A stretch of DNA of 64,000 bases, taken from positions 21,534 through 85,533 of the forward strand of contig CAMTUB010000009.1 of assembly GCA_947084835.1 (NCBI GenBank), written 5' to 3'. Below, piece after piece: positions 28,285 through 37,763 of this stretch. Source of the stretch: an uncultured Bacteroidota bacterium. GTDB lineage: Bacteria > Bacteroidota > Bacteroidia > UBA7662 > CAMTUB01. Position 1 is the first letter of the stretch, and the number at the start of each line of letters is the position of its first letter. Both the position numbers and the translations under genes were made by a program. A model generated the notes under the pieces. That model was not told the DNA's origin, did not search any database, and saw nothing but the letters and a program-made list of their open reading frames with translations.

Positions 28285-29729
28285 GTTGAATTTTCTTTAC
28301 CATCTTTTACTTGAATCCCAATATGGGTTAAATTGTCGCGAATAAAATCACTGGTAGTCCAATCTTTATTTGATTTTGCATCTGCTCGCATTTTAATAAT
28401 CATTTCCATCAATCTAGAAACATAGGTTTGGTCTGATGCTTTTTCTTCTTTTAAGCCTAGGATTTCAAAAACTATGGTTTTAATAAATGCACTAAATCGA
28501 ATTAAATCTTCAGGATTAATGGTTTCTTTTGCGGTGTTAATTAAATTTATGATACGTACAACATCAAACAAATGCGCAATTGCAACAGGTGTGTTGAGGT
28601 CATCGTTTAACGCATCCAACAAGTTGTTTTTGATGGTTTCGATATCAAAAGAGGTTTTATCAGAACTTGGTAAAGTGTCTAAAATTGAAACGGCTTCTAA
28701 CAAACGGGTATACCCTTTTTCAGCGGCCGAAAGGGCATCTACAGAAATGTCTAATGTGCTTCTATAATGCGCTTGAAGCATGAAAAAACGCACAGACATT
28801 GGGCTAAATCCTTTGGTTAACAAAGGATGATTGCCTGTAAATAACTCGTTGGGAAGAATTGAATTGCCTAATGACTTAGACATTTTTTGTCCGTTTACTG
28901 TTAGCATATTGGTATGCAACCAAAATGCTGCGGGTTTTTTATGAAAACAAGCCACGTTTTGTGCAACCTCGTTGGTATGGTGCGTTGGAATTAAATCCAT
29001 TCCGCCTCCATGTATATCGAACGATTCGCCTAAATATTTTGAGCTCATCGCAGAGCATTCTAGGTGCCAACCCGGAAAGCCATTTCCCCAAGGCGAAGGC
29101 CATTGCATCAGATGCTCAGGCTTTGCTTTTATCCAAAGTGCAAAATCTAATCGCCCTCTTTTTTCATCTTGGCCGTCTAAATCGCGGGTATTGTTTAGTA
29201 AATCTTCGAGGTTTCTACCCGATAAATACGTGTATGAATGTTCTTGAGCGTACTTCGAAACATCGAAATAAATAGAGCCATTAACTTCATAGGCGTAACC
29301 GTTTGCAATGATTTGCTTGGTCATTTCTATTTGTTCTATGATGTGTCCTGTTGCAGTTGGCTCAATGCTCGGAGGAAGCGTATTCATTTCCTCCATAACT
29401 TTTCTGAAATCTAGGGTATATCGTTGAACGATTTCCATAGGTTCGAGCTGTTCAAGTTTTGCTTTTTTCGAAATCTTATCTTCGCCCTCATCTGCATCGC
29501 TTTCAAGATGTCCGGCATCGGTGATGTTACGAACGTATCTAACTTTATAGCCTAAGTGCATTAAATATCTATATAAAACATCGAATGAAACGTAGGTACG
29601 GCAATTTCCTAAATGGGCGTTGCTATATACGGTTGGCCCGCACACATACATGCCCACAAATGGAGCGTGAATAGGAGTGAAGGTTTCTTTTTTTCGAGTT
29701 TCTGTATTATAAAGTTGCAATGAAGACAT
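28266..29729 (-). CDS. cysS: Cysteine--tRNA ligase
   Basis: 487-aa ORF with HLGN (HIGH-type) and KMSKS motifs. Confidence 0.95.
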   Translation of the reverse strand: MSSLQLYNTETRKKETFTPIHAPFVGMYVCGPTVYSNAHLGNCRTYVSFDVLYRYLMHLGYKVRYVRNITDAGHLESDADEGEDKISKKAKLEQLEPMEIVQRYTLDFRKVMEEMNTLPPSIEPTATGHIIEQIEMTKQIIANGYAYEVNGSIYFDVSKYAQEHSYTYLSGRNLEDLLNNTRDLDGQDEKRGRLDFALWIKAKPEHLMQWPSPWGNGFPGWHLECSAMSSKYLGESFDIHGGGMDLIPTHHTNEVAQNVACFHKKPAAFWLHTNMLTVNGQKMSKSLGNSILPNELFTGNHPLLTKGFSPMSVRFFMLQAHYRSTLDISVDALSAAEKGYTRLLEAVSILDTLPSSDKTSFDIETIKNNLLDALNDDLNTPVAIAHLFDVVRIINLINTAKETINPEDLIRFSAFIKTIVFEILGLKEEKASDQTYVSRLMEMIIKMRADAKSNKDWTTSDFIRDNLTHIGIQVKDGKENSTWTYIK

Positions 29730-29742
29730 GGGTTAAAGTTAA

Positions 29743-30888
29743 TTATTGAAACGGTCCGGGTAAATAAAATTCAGCTTCAATGGCTTTATGGTCTGAAAAT
29801 TTATTTGGTAAGACGGTATGTTTTATGATTTGAAGCTTTTCAGAAGAAAAAATATTGTCGATTCGATACGAAGGCAATGGCCCAATGTAGGTAGCTCCGC
29901 GAAGGGTTCCGCGTGATGTAAATGAGTCGTTAAGGTTTCCGCGAATAGTAGTATAAGGGTAACTGCAAGGTGGGTCGTTGAAATCGCCACAAACAATTAC
30001 GGGGTAATCCACCTTTTGAATGTGTTTGGCTACTATTTCAGACTGTTTTGCGCGTTTGCTAAGCGCTTTTTTAATGCGACTTACAATGATTTTTAACTTA
30101 TAGTAAGATCCATTTTCTTTGCTTTCGGTTACTTCATCCACATAGTAGTAATCTTGTGGGCGTATTCGATTCGACTCAAGATGCAGATTGTATACCCGTA
30201 CAACTTGGTCTTGTGGCATTTGAATATCGGCAAAAATGCAGGCATTTAAGCTAAAATTACCGGTCGTTCTAAAATTTATATAGCCCTTGTTAATAATCGG
30301 AAACTTACTTGCAATGCATAACCCTTGCAGCAGTCTTTTTTCAGTAATTATTTTTTCAAAATAAACGAACGGATACCCGGCAGAATCAACCAGCATATCA
30401 GAAACCACATCGTTATTGTCTGTAATTTTTTTCTTTCTGCTGTAAAACTCTTGAAAGCAAGCAATAGTTGGTTTTTCTTGATTTAGTAAGTCGATTAATT
30501 TTTTGCGATTGGTTTTTACGGAATCAGAACCTCCGTTTCTAAACATTTGCATGTTAAACGACATGACTTTTAAGTTTGCCTCTTGCCCAAGATTTGTTCG
30601 GAAAGGAAATTGAATTAAACTTGAATTTATACGAAAGCCAACTAAAAGCAAAACGGCTGGATAAAGAAATAAGGGCGATTTTTTCCAGATATAGTAAACT
30701 AGAAAAATTGTATTGATAATTAAAAGCCCTTCAGCTAAATACCCGAAAATGAAAATTGGCCAAAAATGATCTGGAGAAATTTTAGTAGATAAATAGGCGA
30801 TTAACAACGAAACCCCAAAAGGAAGGTAAACTAGCAAAGGCCAATTTGGTTTCTTTTTGGTTGACGATACGTTGTTCTTTTTTGCCAT
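29743..30888 (-). CDS. Membrane-anchored endonuclease/exonuclease/phosphatase (EEP) family protein
   Basis: About four N-terminal TM helices, then an EEP domain with catalytic landmarks intact (SFNMQ, CFQEF, NLHLES, GDFND, SDHKAI). Confidence 0.8.
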   Translation of the reverse strand: MAKKNNVSSTKKKPNWPLLVYLPFGVSLLIAYLSTKISPDHFWPIFIFGYLAEGLLIINTIFLVYYIWKKSPLFLYPAVLLLVGFRINSSLIQFPFRTNLGQEANLKVMSFNMQMFRNGGSDSVKTNRKKLIDLLNQEKPTIACFQEFYSRKKKITDNNDVVSDMLVDSAGYPFVYFEKIITEKRLLQGLCIASKFPIINKGYINFRTTGNFSLNACIFADIQMPQDQVVRVYNLHLESNRIRPQDYYYVDEVTESKENGSYYKLKIIVSRIKKALSKRAKQSEIVAKHIQKVDYPVIVCGDFNDPPCSYPYTTIRGNLNDSFTSRGTLRGATYIGPLPSYRIDNIFSSEKLQIIKHTVLPNKFSDHKAIEAEFYLPGPFQ

Positions 30889-30892
30889 TTTG

Positions 30893-31750
30893 CTACTTTC
30901 CTGCTTTAAAAAGCATGTCTTTTTCAGTTTGAGTTAAGGTGTCGTACCCAGTTTTTGATATTTTATCAAGGATGTTGTCGATTTGCTTTTGACTAGGACG
31001 ATCTGGTACTGTAGATGTTGGGGTTGGTTTTGGCGTCATTTTTATCACTTTCCCTTTTTTAGAATCGGTTTTTGGGATAAAATAAGCCTCTACAAATTTG
31101 CCCATATTTGTGCCAGAGCGCAAAAGCTTTATATACGCAAATCCAAAAATAGCTCCTCCAATATGAGCAATATGTCCGCCTGCATTCTCGCTCGAACTGC
31201 TTATCAAATCAATAGCAACCATAGCTAAAGCCAGATATTTTAAGGATACATCTCCAAAAAACAACATTCGTATTTTGTAATCGGGAAGGAGAGTTGCCGT
31301 TGCTGCAACAATAGCAATTACGCTTGCTGAGGCCCCAATTGCATAGGATGACTCTTTTAAAGTACTGAAGAATGGGAAAACGTTATAGGCAAGAATGTAA
31401 ACTAAAGCTCCAGAAATGCCTCCTAAAATATAAACCGCTGTTAATTTAGCCTGACCTAAATATTCTGCAAAAATTTGACCTAACCAATAGAGCCACAACA
31501 TATTAAATAAAATATGAAACAAGCCGTTGTGCATGAACATGTACGTAAATAAGGTCCATGGTTTTGTAATTAATATGGGAATGGATGCCGGAACACCAAG
31601 CCATTGATTGGGCTCCCACCAAACGGCAGTTTGCGTTAATTTAAAAAGTACACTAGGTATGGCAACTAGTAAAAAAGCAATAACATTGATCCAAATTAAT
31701 TGAACAACTCGATCGCTATTTTTAAAGTTGAAAGTATTTAAAATCGACAT
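30893..31750 (-). CDS. Rhomboid family intramembrane serine protease (with C-terminal cytoplasmic extension)
   Basis: HNGLFHILFNMLWL, the GASAS catalytic Ser region and AHIGGAIFG. An extra ~70-aa tail ends ...TGYDTLTQTEKDMLFKAGK. Confidence 0.8.
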   Translation of the reverse strand: MSILNTFNFKNSDRVVQLIWINVIAFLLVAIPSVLFKLTQTAVWWEPNQWLGVPASIPILITKPWTLFTYMFMHNGLFHILFNMLWLYWLGQIFAEYLGQAKLTAVYILGGISGALVYILAYNVFPFFSTLKESSYAIGASASVIAIVAATATLLPDYKIRMLFFGDVSLKYLALAMVAIDLISSSSENAGGHIAHIGGAIFGFAYIKLLRSGTNMGKFVEAYFIPKTDSKKGKVIKMTPKPTPTSTVPDRPSQKQIDNILDKISKTGYDTLTQTEKDMLFKAGK

Positions 31751-31756
31751 CTATAA

Positions 31757-32488
31757 TTAAAAAAAGCGTTTACGGTTGGGTTGATAAATGTATTTTATTA
31801 TAAGAATACCTATAATCATACCACCCAAATGAGCAAAGTGAGCAACATTATCGCCTGAAGTATCTTTAAGGGATTGAATAGCTTGGTAAACTTCGTACAA
31901 CGCATAAAACCCAATTAAAAACTTAGCTTTAACAGGAATTGCTAAATACAGATACAAAACACTGTTTGGGAAAAGATATCCAAAGCCAACTATAACCCCA
32001 GCAACAGCACCCGATGCTCCAATAATATTGGGCATATTTAATAAGGCCTGTTTTTGTTCATCGTACATTAAATTACCTAAACCATTAGGCTGAGTAGCAT
32101 AATATTGTTTAAGTAAATCTAATTGTGGGTCTATATCTAAAAAATATACTACTAAGTAATGTATAACAGCAGCACCCAATCCTGTGAGTAAGAAATATTC
32201 AAGAAATCTTTTCGAGCCCCAATAATTCTCAAGGGTTGCCCCAAACATCCAAAATGAAAACATATTGAAAAAAAGGTGCGAAAACGACCCGTGCATAAAC
32301 AGGTAAGTTACGGGTTGGTAAATTCTGAAAGCATCTGAACCCGGAATGCGTAAACCCAAAATGCGAATCAACGATATGCCTTGCTGTTCAAGAGTTATTG
32401 TTGCTAAAAACATGATGGCACTTATTATCATCACATTTTTAACTACGGGAGGAAGTATGTTAAATCCTATTGGACGGATATCGGACAT
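31757..32488 (-). CDS. Rhomboid family intramembrane serine protease
   Basis: HGSFSHLFFNMFSFW, GASGAVAG and AHLGGMIIG motifs. Confidence 0.85.
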   Translation of the reverse strand: MSDIRPIGFNILPPVVKNVMIISAIMFLATITLEQQGISLIRILGLRIPGSDAFRIYQPVTYLFMHGSFSHLFFNMFSFWMFGATLENYWGSKRFLEYFLLTGLGAAVIHYLVVYFLDIDPQLDLLKQYYATQPNGLGNLMYDEQKQALLNMPNIIGASGAVAGVIVGFGYLFPNSVLYLYLAIPVKAKFLIGFYALYEVYQAIQSLKDTSGDNVAHFAHLGGMIIGILIIKYIYQPNRKRFF

Positions 32489-32489
32489 G

Positions 32490-34304
32490 TTAGAAAAGTT
32501 GTTCGAGTTGGTTGAAGTTCAAAATTACGGATATTGGCGAACCGTTGGGCGCGATATATGGGTTTTCGCAAGCAAAAAGCTGATCGATTAGCGAAATTAT
32601 CTCTACTTGAGAAAGGTTTTTCATTTGTTTTGATGCTTGTTTGTAGGCAATTCCATTTGCTATGCTTTCCATGGATTTGGAATATATTGATCCTGACTCA
32701 CTTCTAAGCTGTCCAACGATATCTTGCAATAAGGATTGGATATCAATTTCTGTTAATACAGCCGGAATGCCTTGACAAATAAACGTATTACCACCCAACT
32801 CGCGTATATCAAAACCCAGTTTTCCTAAGTTTTCTAGTTCGGATGAAATGAGCTCTGCATCCGAAGGAGTTAACGAAACCGTTTCTGGGAAAAGCAACTG
32901 CTGGCAAAAAACTTTGTTGGTTTCAACCTCTTTTACTAATTGATCGTAGCTAATGCGGTATAAAGCAGCGCGCTGATTTATCATCATTACGCCATTTTTT
33001 ACTTGCGCAAAAATAAATTGGTTGTGCAATTGCCAAACCGATCGCACTTTGTCGTCCGAAACATTGGAAAGCGTAGCGTTAGCAACGTTAGACTCGCTTT
33101 GAATAAAGTTTTCTATAGGTGCATGTGCTAGTTCTTTGTACAAATTTGCCCAAGCACTTTTTTCATCGCTCGATGGTTTGCTTTCTGCATGCGAATGCAC
33201 ATACGGGTCACGGAACGATTTGCGGGTTTCGTTATCGAGATGTAAGTTGTTTTTATTAACGTAAGGGATTTGAGTAATGGTTGGATCTACATCAAAATCG
33301 ATGCTAGGCGCAATGTTGTATTGCGATAAAGCATGTTTTGCAGCTGAATGCACAATGGCATAAGCAGATCTATCATCGTCAAACTTAATTTCTGTTTTAG
33401 TTGGATGCACATTTACATCGATTCTAGAAGGATCTATTTGTATGGAAAGGAAAAAGCCGGGATGATGACCCGCTGCAATCAATCCTTCGAAAGCAGAAGC
33501 GATGGCGTGTTCTAAATACGGGTTTTTAACAAACCTGCCGTTTACAAAAAAGTATTGCTCGCCACGGTATTTACGGGCAGCTTGTGGTTTTAAGATAAAA
33601 CCTTGAACAGAAATAAAAGAGGTTAATTCTTCAACAGGTACGAGTTGAGAATTTATGGGTTCGCCAAAAATCTGAACAATGCGCTGGCGAATATTTCCGC
33701 TTTTTAACTGATATAAGGTGTTTCCATTATGCGAAAGTGTAAATCCAGTTTGAGGATTTGCAAGCGAAACCCGCATAAACTCCTCTGTGATATGGCGCAT
33801 TTCAACTCCATTCGACTTCAGAAACGCTCTTCGAGCTGGAATATTGAAGAATAAATTTTTTACTGAAATGTTTGTACCTGGCGCGGTAGCAACTGGCTCA
33901 GCAATTTTAAATTCGCTTCCTTCAATTTCAATGCGTGTTCCTACTGCATCTTCAGTTCTGCGAGTAAGCATTTCAACTTGGCAAACTGCTGCAACCGAGG
34001 ACATCGCTTCTCCTCTGAATCCAAACGTTTGGATGGCAAAAAGGTCTTCGGCTTTTTTAATTTTTGAGGTTGCATGCCTCTCGAAACACATGCGTGCATC
34101 GTTTACGGTCATGCCGCAACCGTTATCAATAACCTGAATCAGTTGTTTTCCAGCATCTTTTACAATTAATTGTACCGAAGAGGCTCCAGCATCCACCGCA
34201 TTTTCTAAAAGTTCTTTTACTACAGAAGCTGGTCGTTGAATTACTTCACCAGCAGCTATTTGATTTGCAATGTTATCGGGTAATTGAAGAATAATATCTG
34301 CCAT
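32490..34304 (-). CDS. mutL: DNA mismatch repair protein MutL (C-terminal endonuclease motifs degenerate)
   Basis: GHKL ATPase N-terminus (LPDNIANQIAAGEVIQRPASVVKELLENAVDAG, DNGCGM, GFRGEA). The C-terminal dimerisation domain is colinear with B. subtilis-type MutL but carries substituted metal-site residues (see finding). Confidence 0.93.
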   Translation of the reverse strand: MADIILQLPDNIANQIAAGEVIQRPASVVKELLENAVDAGASSVQLIVKDAGKQLIQVIDNGCGMTVNDARMCFERHATSKIKKAEDLFAIQTFGFRGEAMSSVAAVCQVEMLTRRTEDAVGTRIEIEGSEFKIAEPVATAPGTNISVKNLFFNIPARRAFLKSNGVEMRHITEEFMRVSLANPQTGFTLSHNGNTLYQLKSGNIRQRIVQIFGEPINSQLVPVEELTSFISVQGFILKPQAARKYRGEQYFFVNGRFVKNPYLEHAIASAFEGLIAAGHHPGFFLSIQIDPSRIDVNVHPTKTEIKFDDDRSAYAIVHSAAKHALSQYNIAPSIDFDVDPTITQIPYVNKNNLHLDNETRKSFRDPYVHSHAESKPSSDEKSAWANLYKELAHAPIENFIQSESNVANATLSNVSDDKVRSVWQLHNQFIFAQVKNGVMMINQRAALYRISYDQLVKEVETNKVFCQQLLFPETVSLTPSDAELISSELENLGKLGFDIRELGGNTFICQGIPAVLTEIDIQSLLQDIVGQLRSESGSIYSKSMESIANGIAYKQASKQMKNLSQVEIISLIDQLFACENPYIAPNGSPISVILNFNQLEQLF

Positions 34305-34311
34305 GCGAAAA

Positions 34312-34539
34312 TTAGGTGAACATTAACCGAAAGATCCAAAATACAAGTGCGGCCAAAGCACCCGCAAAGATAAACCAAGTAATGATTATGCTGAATTTTC
34401 CTGCACTACTATTACGAACTTTTGAAAGTTTAATACGTTTTGGAGCTTCGTTGTTTCCTTTTTCAGGTATGGAAAGGTCTTTTTTATGTCTCGGCTCGTA
34501 TTGGAATGTTCGATAAATATTCTTCTTTTTTAGAAACAA
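34312..34539 (-). CDS. Small basic single-pass membrane protein, hypothetical
   Basis: 75-aa ORF with a Lys/Arg-rich N-terminal half and one TM helix (FSIIITWFIFAGALAALVFWIF). A 7-nt gap separates it from the mutL start. Confidence 0.4.
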   Translation of the reverse strand: MFLKKKNIYRTFQYEPRHKKDLSIPEKGNNEAPKRIKLSKVRNSSAGKFSIIITWFIFAGALAALVFWIFRLMFT

Positions 34540-34655
34540 TGTAACTTTTTATACAAAGGAAATAAGAATAAGTAGTTTTTTTGTATCCAAGATGTGTAAA
34601 AAATATTTTCATTTCTTTTTCGTTGATTGTTACATCCTTATCATCTTTGCATTGC

Positions 34656-37600
34656 ATGCCCATTAATTTAAAAAACCGCTTAAAACTTGTAATTTTTGCC
34701 TTAACATTATTAGTTACTTCTTCATTTGCAATTGGATTAAATATCAAGAAAACCAAGAAAAAGAGCGATGTAAAGCGCGTAGTTGTAGATGAAAAGTTAA
34801 ATAGTATAGCATCTAAACCTGAAAGTGACTTAGGTTTGAATAGTTTACTCATGTCGACCCATGGGCAACCGGTTTTTGGTAAGCCCAATCATTGGGTTGA
34901 TTCGGTTTACGATGCCTTAACTCCTGAAATGCGCATAGGGCAATTATTTATGGTTGCAGCCTATTCATCAGGAAAAGACAGAAACGATTCTTTAGTTGCA
35001 CAATTAGCAAGAAATCAGCATGTGGGTGGGTTGATATTTTTCAAAGGCACACCGTATGAGCAAGCTGTTTTAACCAATTTTTACCAAACCCAAGCCCAAG
35101 TTCCCCTGCTTATTGGAATGGATGCAGAATGGGGTTTAGGTATGAGGTTAGATAGTATAATGAAATGGCCAAACCAAATGACCATTGGTGCTACTTATGA
35201 CGATAATTTGATGTATAAAATGGGCGAAGAAATGGCCCGAAACTGTAAAAGACTTGGAGTCCATATTAGTTTTTCGCCCGTAGTCGACATCAATAACAAT
35301 CCTGCTAATCCAATAATTAACTTCAGGTCTTTTGGGCAAGACCGGGTTTTGGTAGCAGATAAATCCTATCAATATATGATGGGCTTGCAAAACAATGGAA
35401 TTCTTGCTTGTGCTAAACATTTTCCGGGTCATGGCGATACGGATGCAGATTCGCATTTTAGCCTTCCTGTTGTTAAATCATCTCGAGAAAGAATAGATAG
35501 CCTCGAATTATATCCCTTTAAAAAGCTAATTGGAGCTGGTTTAGGAAGTGTTATGGTGGCACATTTATACGTTCCAGCCTACGACTCAACCCCCAACCGA
35601 GCTTCGTCATTATCTCCCCTAATTGTAAACGACCTTTTAAAAGGAGACCTTAAATTTAAAGGACTTGCTTTTACAGATGCGTTAAACATGAAAGGTGTAA
35701 GTAAGTATTTTAAGCCGGGCGAACTTGAAGTGTTGGCTCTAGAAGCAGGAAACGATGTTTTGCTTTTTCCTGAAGATGTACCTACAGGAGTTGCCAGCAT
35801 AAAAGCTGCTTTAGAAACTGAACGTTTAACGTGGAAAATGCTTGAGCCAAGAATTAAAAAGATTTTAACGGTTAAGTATTGGACGGGTTTAAATCAATTT
35901 ACTCCAATTGAAACCTCAAATTTGTACGCAGATTTAAATTCAAATGAGGGACTGTTTTTAAATAATAAAATTTATCAAAAAGCAATTACTTTATTAAAAA
36001 ACAACAATAGAATTTTGCCTTTTGATTCGCTTAATAGGTCAACCCTTTGCATTACCCTTGGGTCGCCAAGCGATAATGAATTTAGCAAAATGGTGAGCTA
36101 CTATCAGAAAGCCGATTTTGTACAGATAGAAAAAAAGCCTGATAGCACATTTTTAAAGGATGTTTTTTACCAAGCATTAAATACCGATGAAGTAATTTTG
36201 GCTGTTCATTTGGAGTCTCAAAAATCTACAAAGAATTTTGGAATAGATGCGAAAGCCATGGAAATGTTGCAAACGCTTATGCTTGCTAAAGACATTACAG
36301 TTGTAAATTTTGGGAACCCCTATGCGCTGAAAAATTTTAATCGTGCATCCGCTTTAGTTTGCGCTTATGAAGATAATGCCAAAGCTCATCAAGCAGCTGC
36401 AATGGCACTTTATGGTGCAATAGGATTTGAGGGGGAACTCCCAGTAACGGTAAGTGAAAATTTTATAACGGGGCAAGGGATTAAAATGCATGGGATTAAT
36501 CGATTTAAAATCACCCAACCTGAAAATGAAAATATTGCTTCGGCTTGGTTTAAACCCATTGATTCTATTGTTAAAGATGCAATTTCGAAAGGGGCAATGC
36601 CCGGTTGTCAAATTGCAATAATGCAAAATGGCAATTTGATTTACAATAAAGCTTTTGGATATACCAGTTACGCAAATACAGATCCAGTAACCAATCAAAC
36701 CATTTACGATTTAGCTTCGGTAACCAAAGTTGCCTCAACTGCCAATGCACTTATGATTTTGCAATCGGAAGGGAAGTTTAATCCCGACACTACTCTAGGT
36801 TATTATTTACCAGAATTATTAACATCAGACAAGGGAAAACTATACATACGTGAGGTAATGACTCACCAAGCTGGGTTATCTCCATTTATTCCGTTTTGGC
36901 AAAAAACTACCGATGAAGATGGTAATTTGTCTTCGAATTATTATTGCAACACAGCCCAAGACTTTATGCAAAGTCAGGTTGCTGAAAACTTGTTTCTAGA
37001 TACTTTATATCGCGATACAATTTTCTCAACAATTGTTAACTCACCGCTGGGTGCTAGAGGAAAATATGTGTATAGTGATTTGGGATACTACTTTTTACAA
37101 CGCATTGTTGAAAGAATTTCGGGAATGCCAATTAATGTATTCTTAAATGAGAAGTTGATAAACCCTATGTCGTTAAATACTACGATGTATACGCCTCTGA
37201 AACGTTTTGGCTCTCTTAAAATAGCACCAACAGAAGACGATAAAGCGTTTAGAAAACAAGTAATTCGGGGGCATGTTCACGACCCTGGTGCAGCCATGAT
37301 GGGTGGAGTTGCTGGTCATGCTGGGCTTTTTTCTAATGCCATTGACCTTGCCAAAATAGGGCAGATGTGGTTGAATAAAGGAACCTACGATGGAAAAAGA
37401 TACATTTCTGAAAATGTAATAAAGCAATATACCTCAAAGCGTTTTCAAACTTCGCGTAGGGGACTTTGTTTTGATAAACCAGAAATGGAAAAAGGCGATA
37501 GTCCAACTTCAAAATCTGCTTCGAGTATGACGTTTGGACATACCGGGTTTACAGGAACTTGCATTTGGGTAGATCCTCAATCCAAATTAGTGTATGTGTT

Positions 37601-37763
37601 TTTAAGCAATCGGGTTTACCCGGATGCGAATAACAAAAAGCTGGTAAATATGAACGTAAGGACTAATATACAAGAGGTAATTTACAATGCAGTGATTAAA
37701 AGCGTTCAACTAAACGCACAAAAAAATGCAGCATCTGCTATTGTTACTGAAAGCATACGCTAA
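34656..37763 (+). CDS. Fusion protein: glycoside hydrolase family 3 (NagZ-like, N and C domains) plus serine beta-lactamase/PBP-like domain
   Basis: Start moved to ATG 34656 (MPINLKNRLKLVIFALTLLVTSSFA signal peptide). GH3 motifs (KHFPGHGDTDADSH, AFTDALNM). C-terminal class-C-like domain with SVTK, YSD and HTGFTG. Confidence 0.85.
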   Translation: MPINLKNRLKLVIFALTLLVTSSFAIGLNIKKTKKKSDVKRVVVDEKLNSIASKPESDLGLNSLLMSTHGQPVFGKPNHWVDSVYDALTPEMRIGQLFMVAAYSSGKDRNDSLVAQLARNQHVGGLIFFKGTPYEQAVLTNFYQTQAQVPLLIGMDAEWGLGMRLDSIMKWPNQMTIGATYDDNLMYKMGEEMARNCKRLGVHISFSPVVDINNNPANPIINFRSFGQDRVLVADKSYQYMMGLQNNGILACAKHFPGHGDTDADSHFSLPVVKSSRERIDSLELYPFKKLIGAGLGSVMVAHLYVPAYDSTPNRASSLSPLIVNDLLKGDLKFKGLAFTDALNMKGVSKYFKPGELEVLALEAGNDVLLFPEDVPTGVASIKAALETERLTWKMLEPRIKKILTVKYWTGLNQFTPIETSNLYADLNSNEGLFLNNKIYQKAITLLKNNNRILPFDSLNRSTLCITLGSPSDNEFSKMVSYYQKADFVQIEKKPDSTFLKDVFYQALNTDEVILAVHLESQKSTKNFGIDAKAMEMLQTLMLAKDITVVNFGNPYALKNFNRASALVCAYEDNAKAHQAAAMALYGAIGFEGELPVTVSENFITGQGIKMHGINRFKITQPENENIASAWFKPIDSIVKDAISKGAMPGCQIAIMQNGNLIYNKAFGYTSYANTDPVTNQTIYDLASVTKVASTANALMILQSEGKFNPDTTLGYYLPELLTSDKGKLYIREVMTHQAGLSPFIPFWQKTTDEDGNLSSNYYCNTAQDFMQSQVAENLFLDTLYRDTIFSTIVNSPLGARGKYVYSDLGYYFLQRIVERISGMPINVFLNEKLINPMSLNTTMYTPLKRFGSLKIAPTEDDKAFRKQVIRGHVHDPGAAMMGGVAGHAGLFSNAIDLAKIGQMWLNKGTYDGKRYISENVIKQYTSKRFQTSRRGLCFDKPEMEKGDSPTSKSASSMTFGHTGFTGTCIWVDPQSKLVYVFLSNRVYPDANNKKLVNMNVRTNIQEVIYNAVIKSVQLNAQKNAASAIVTESIR

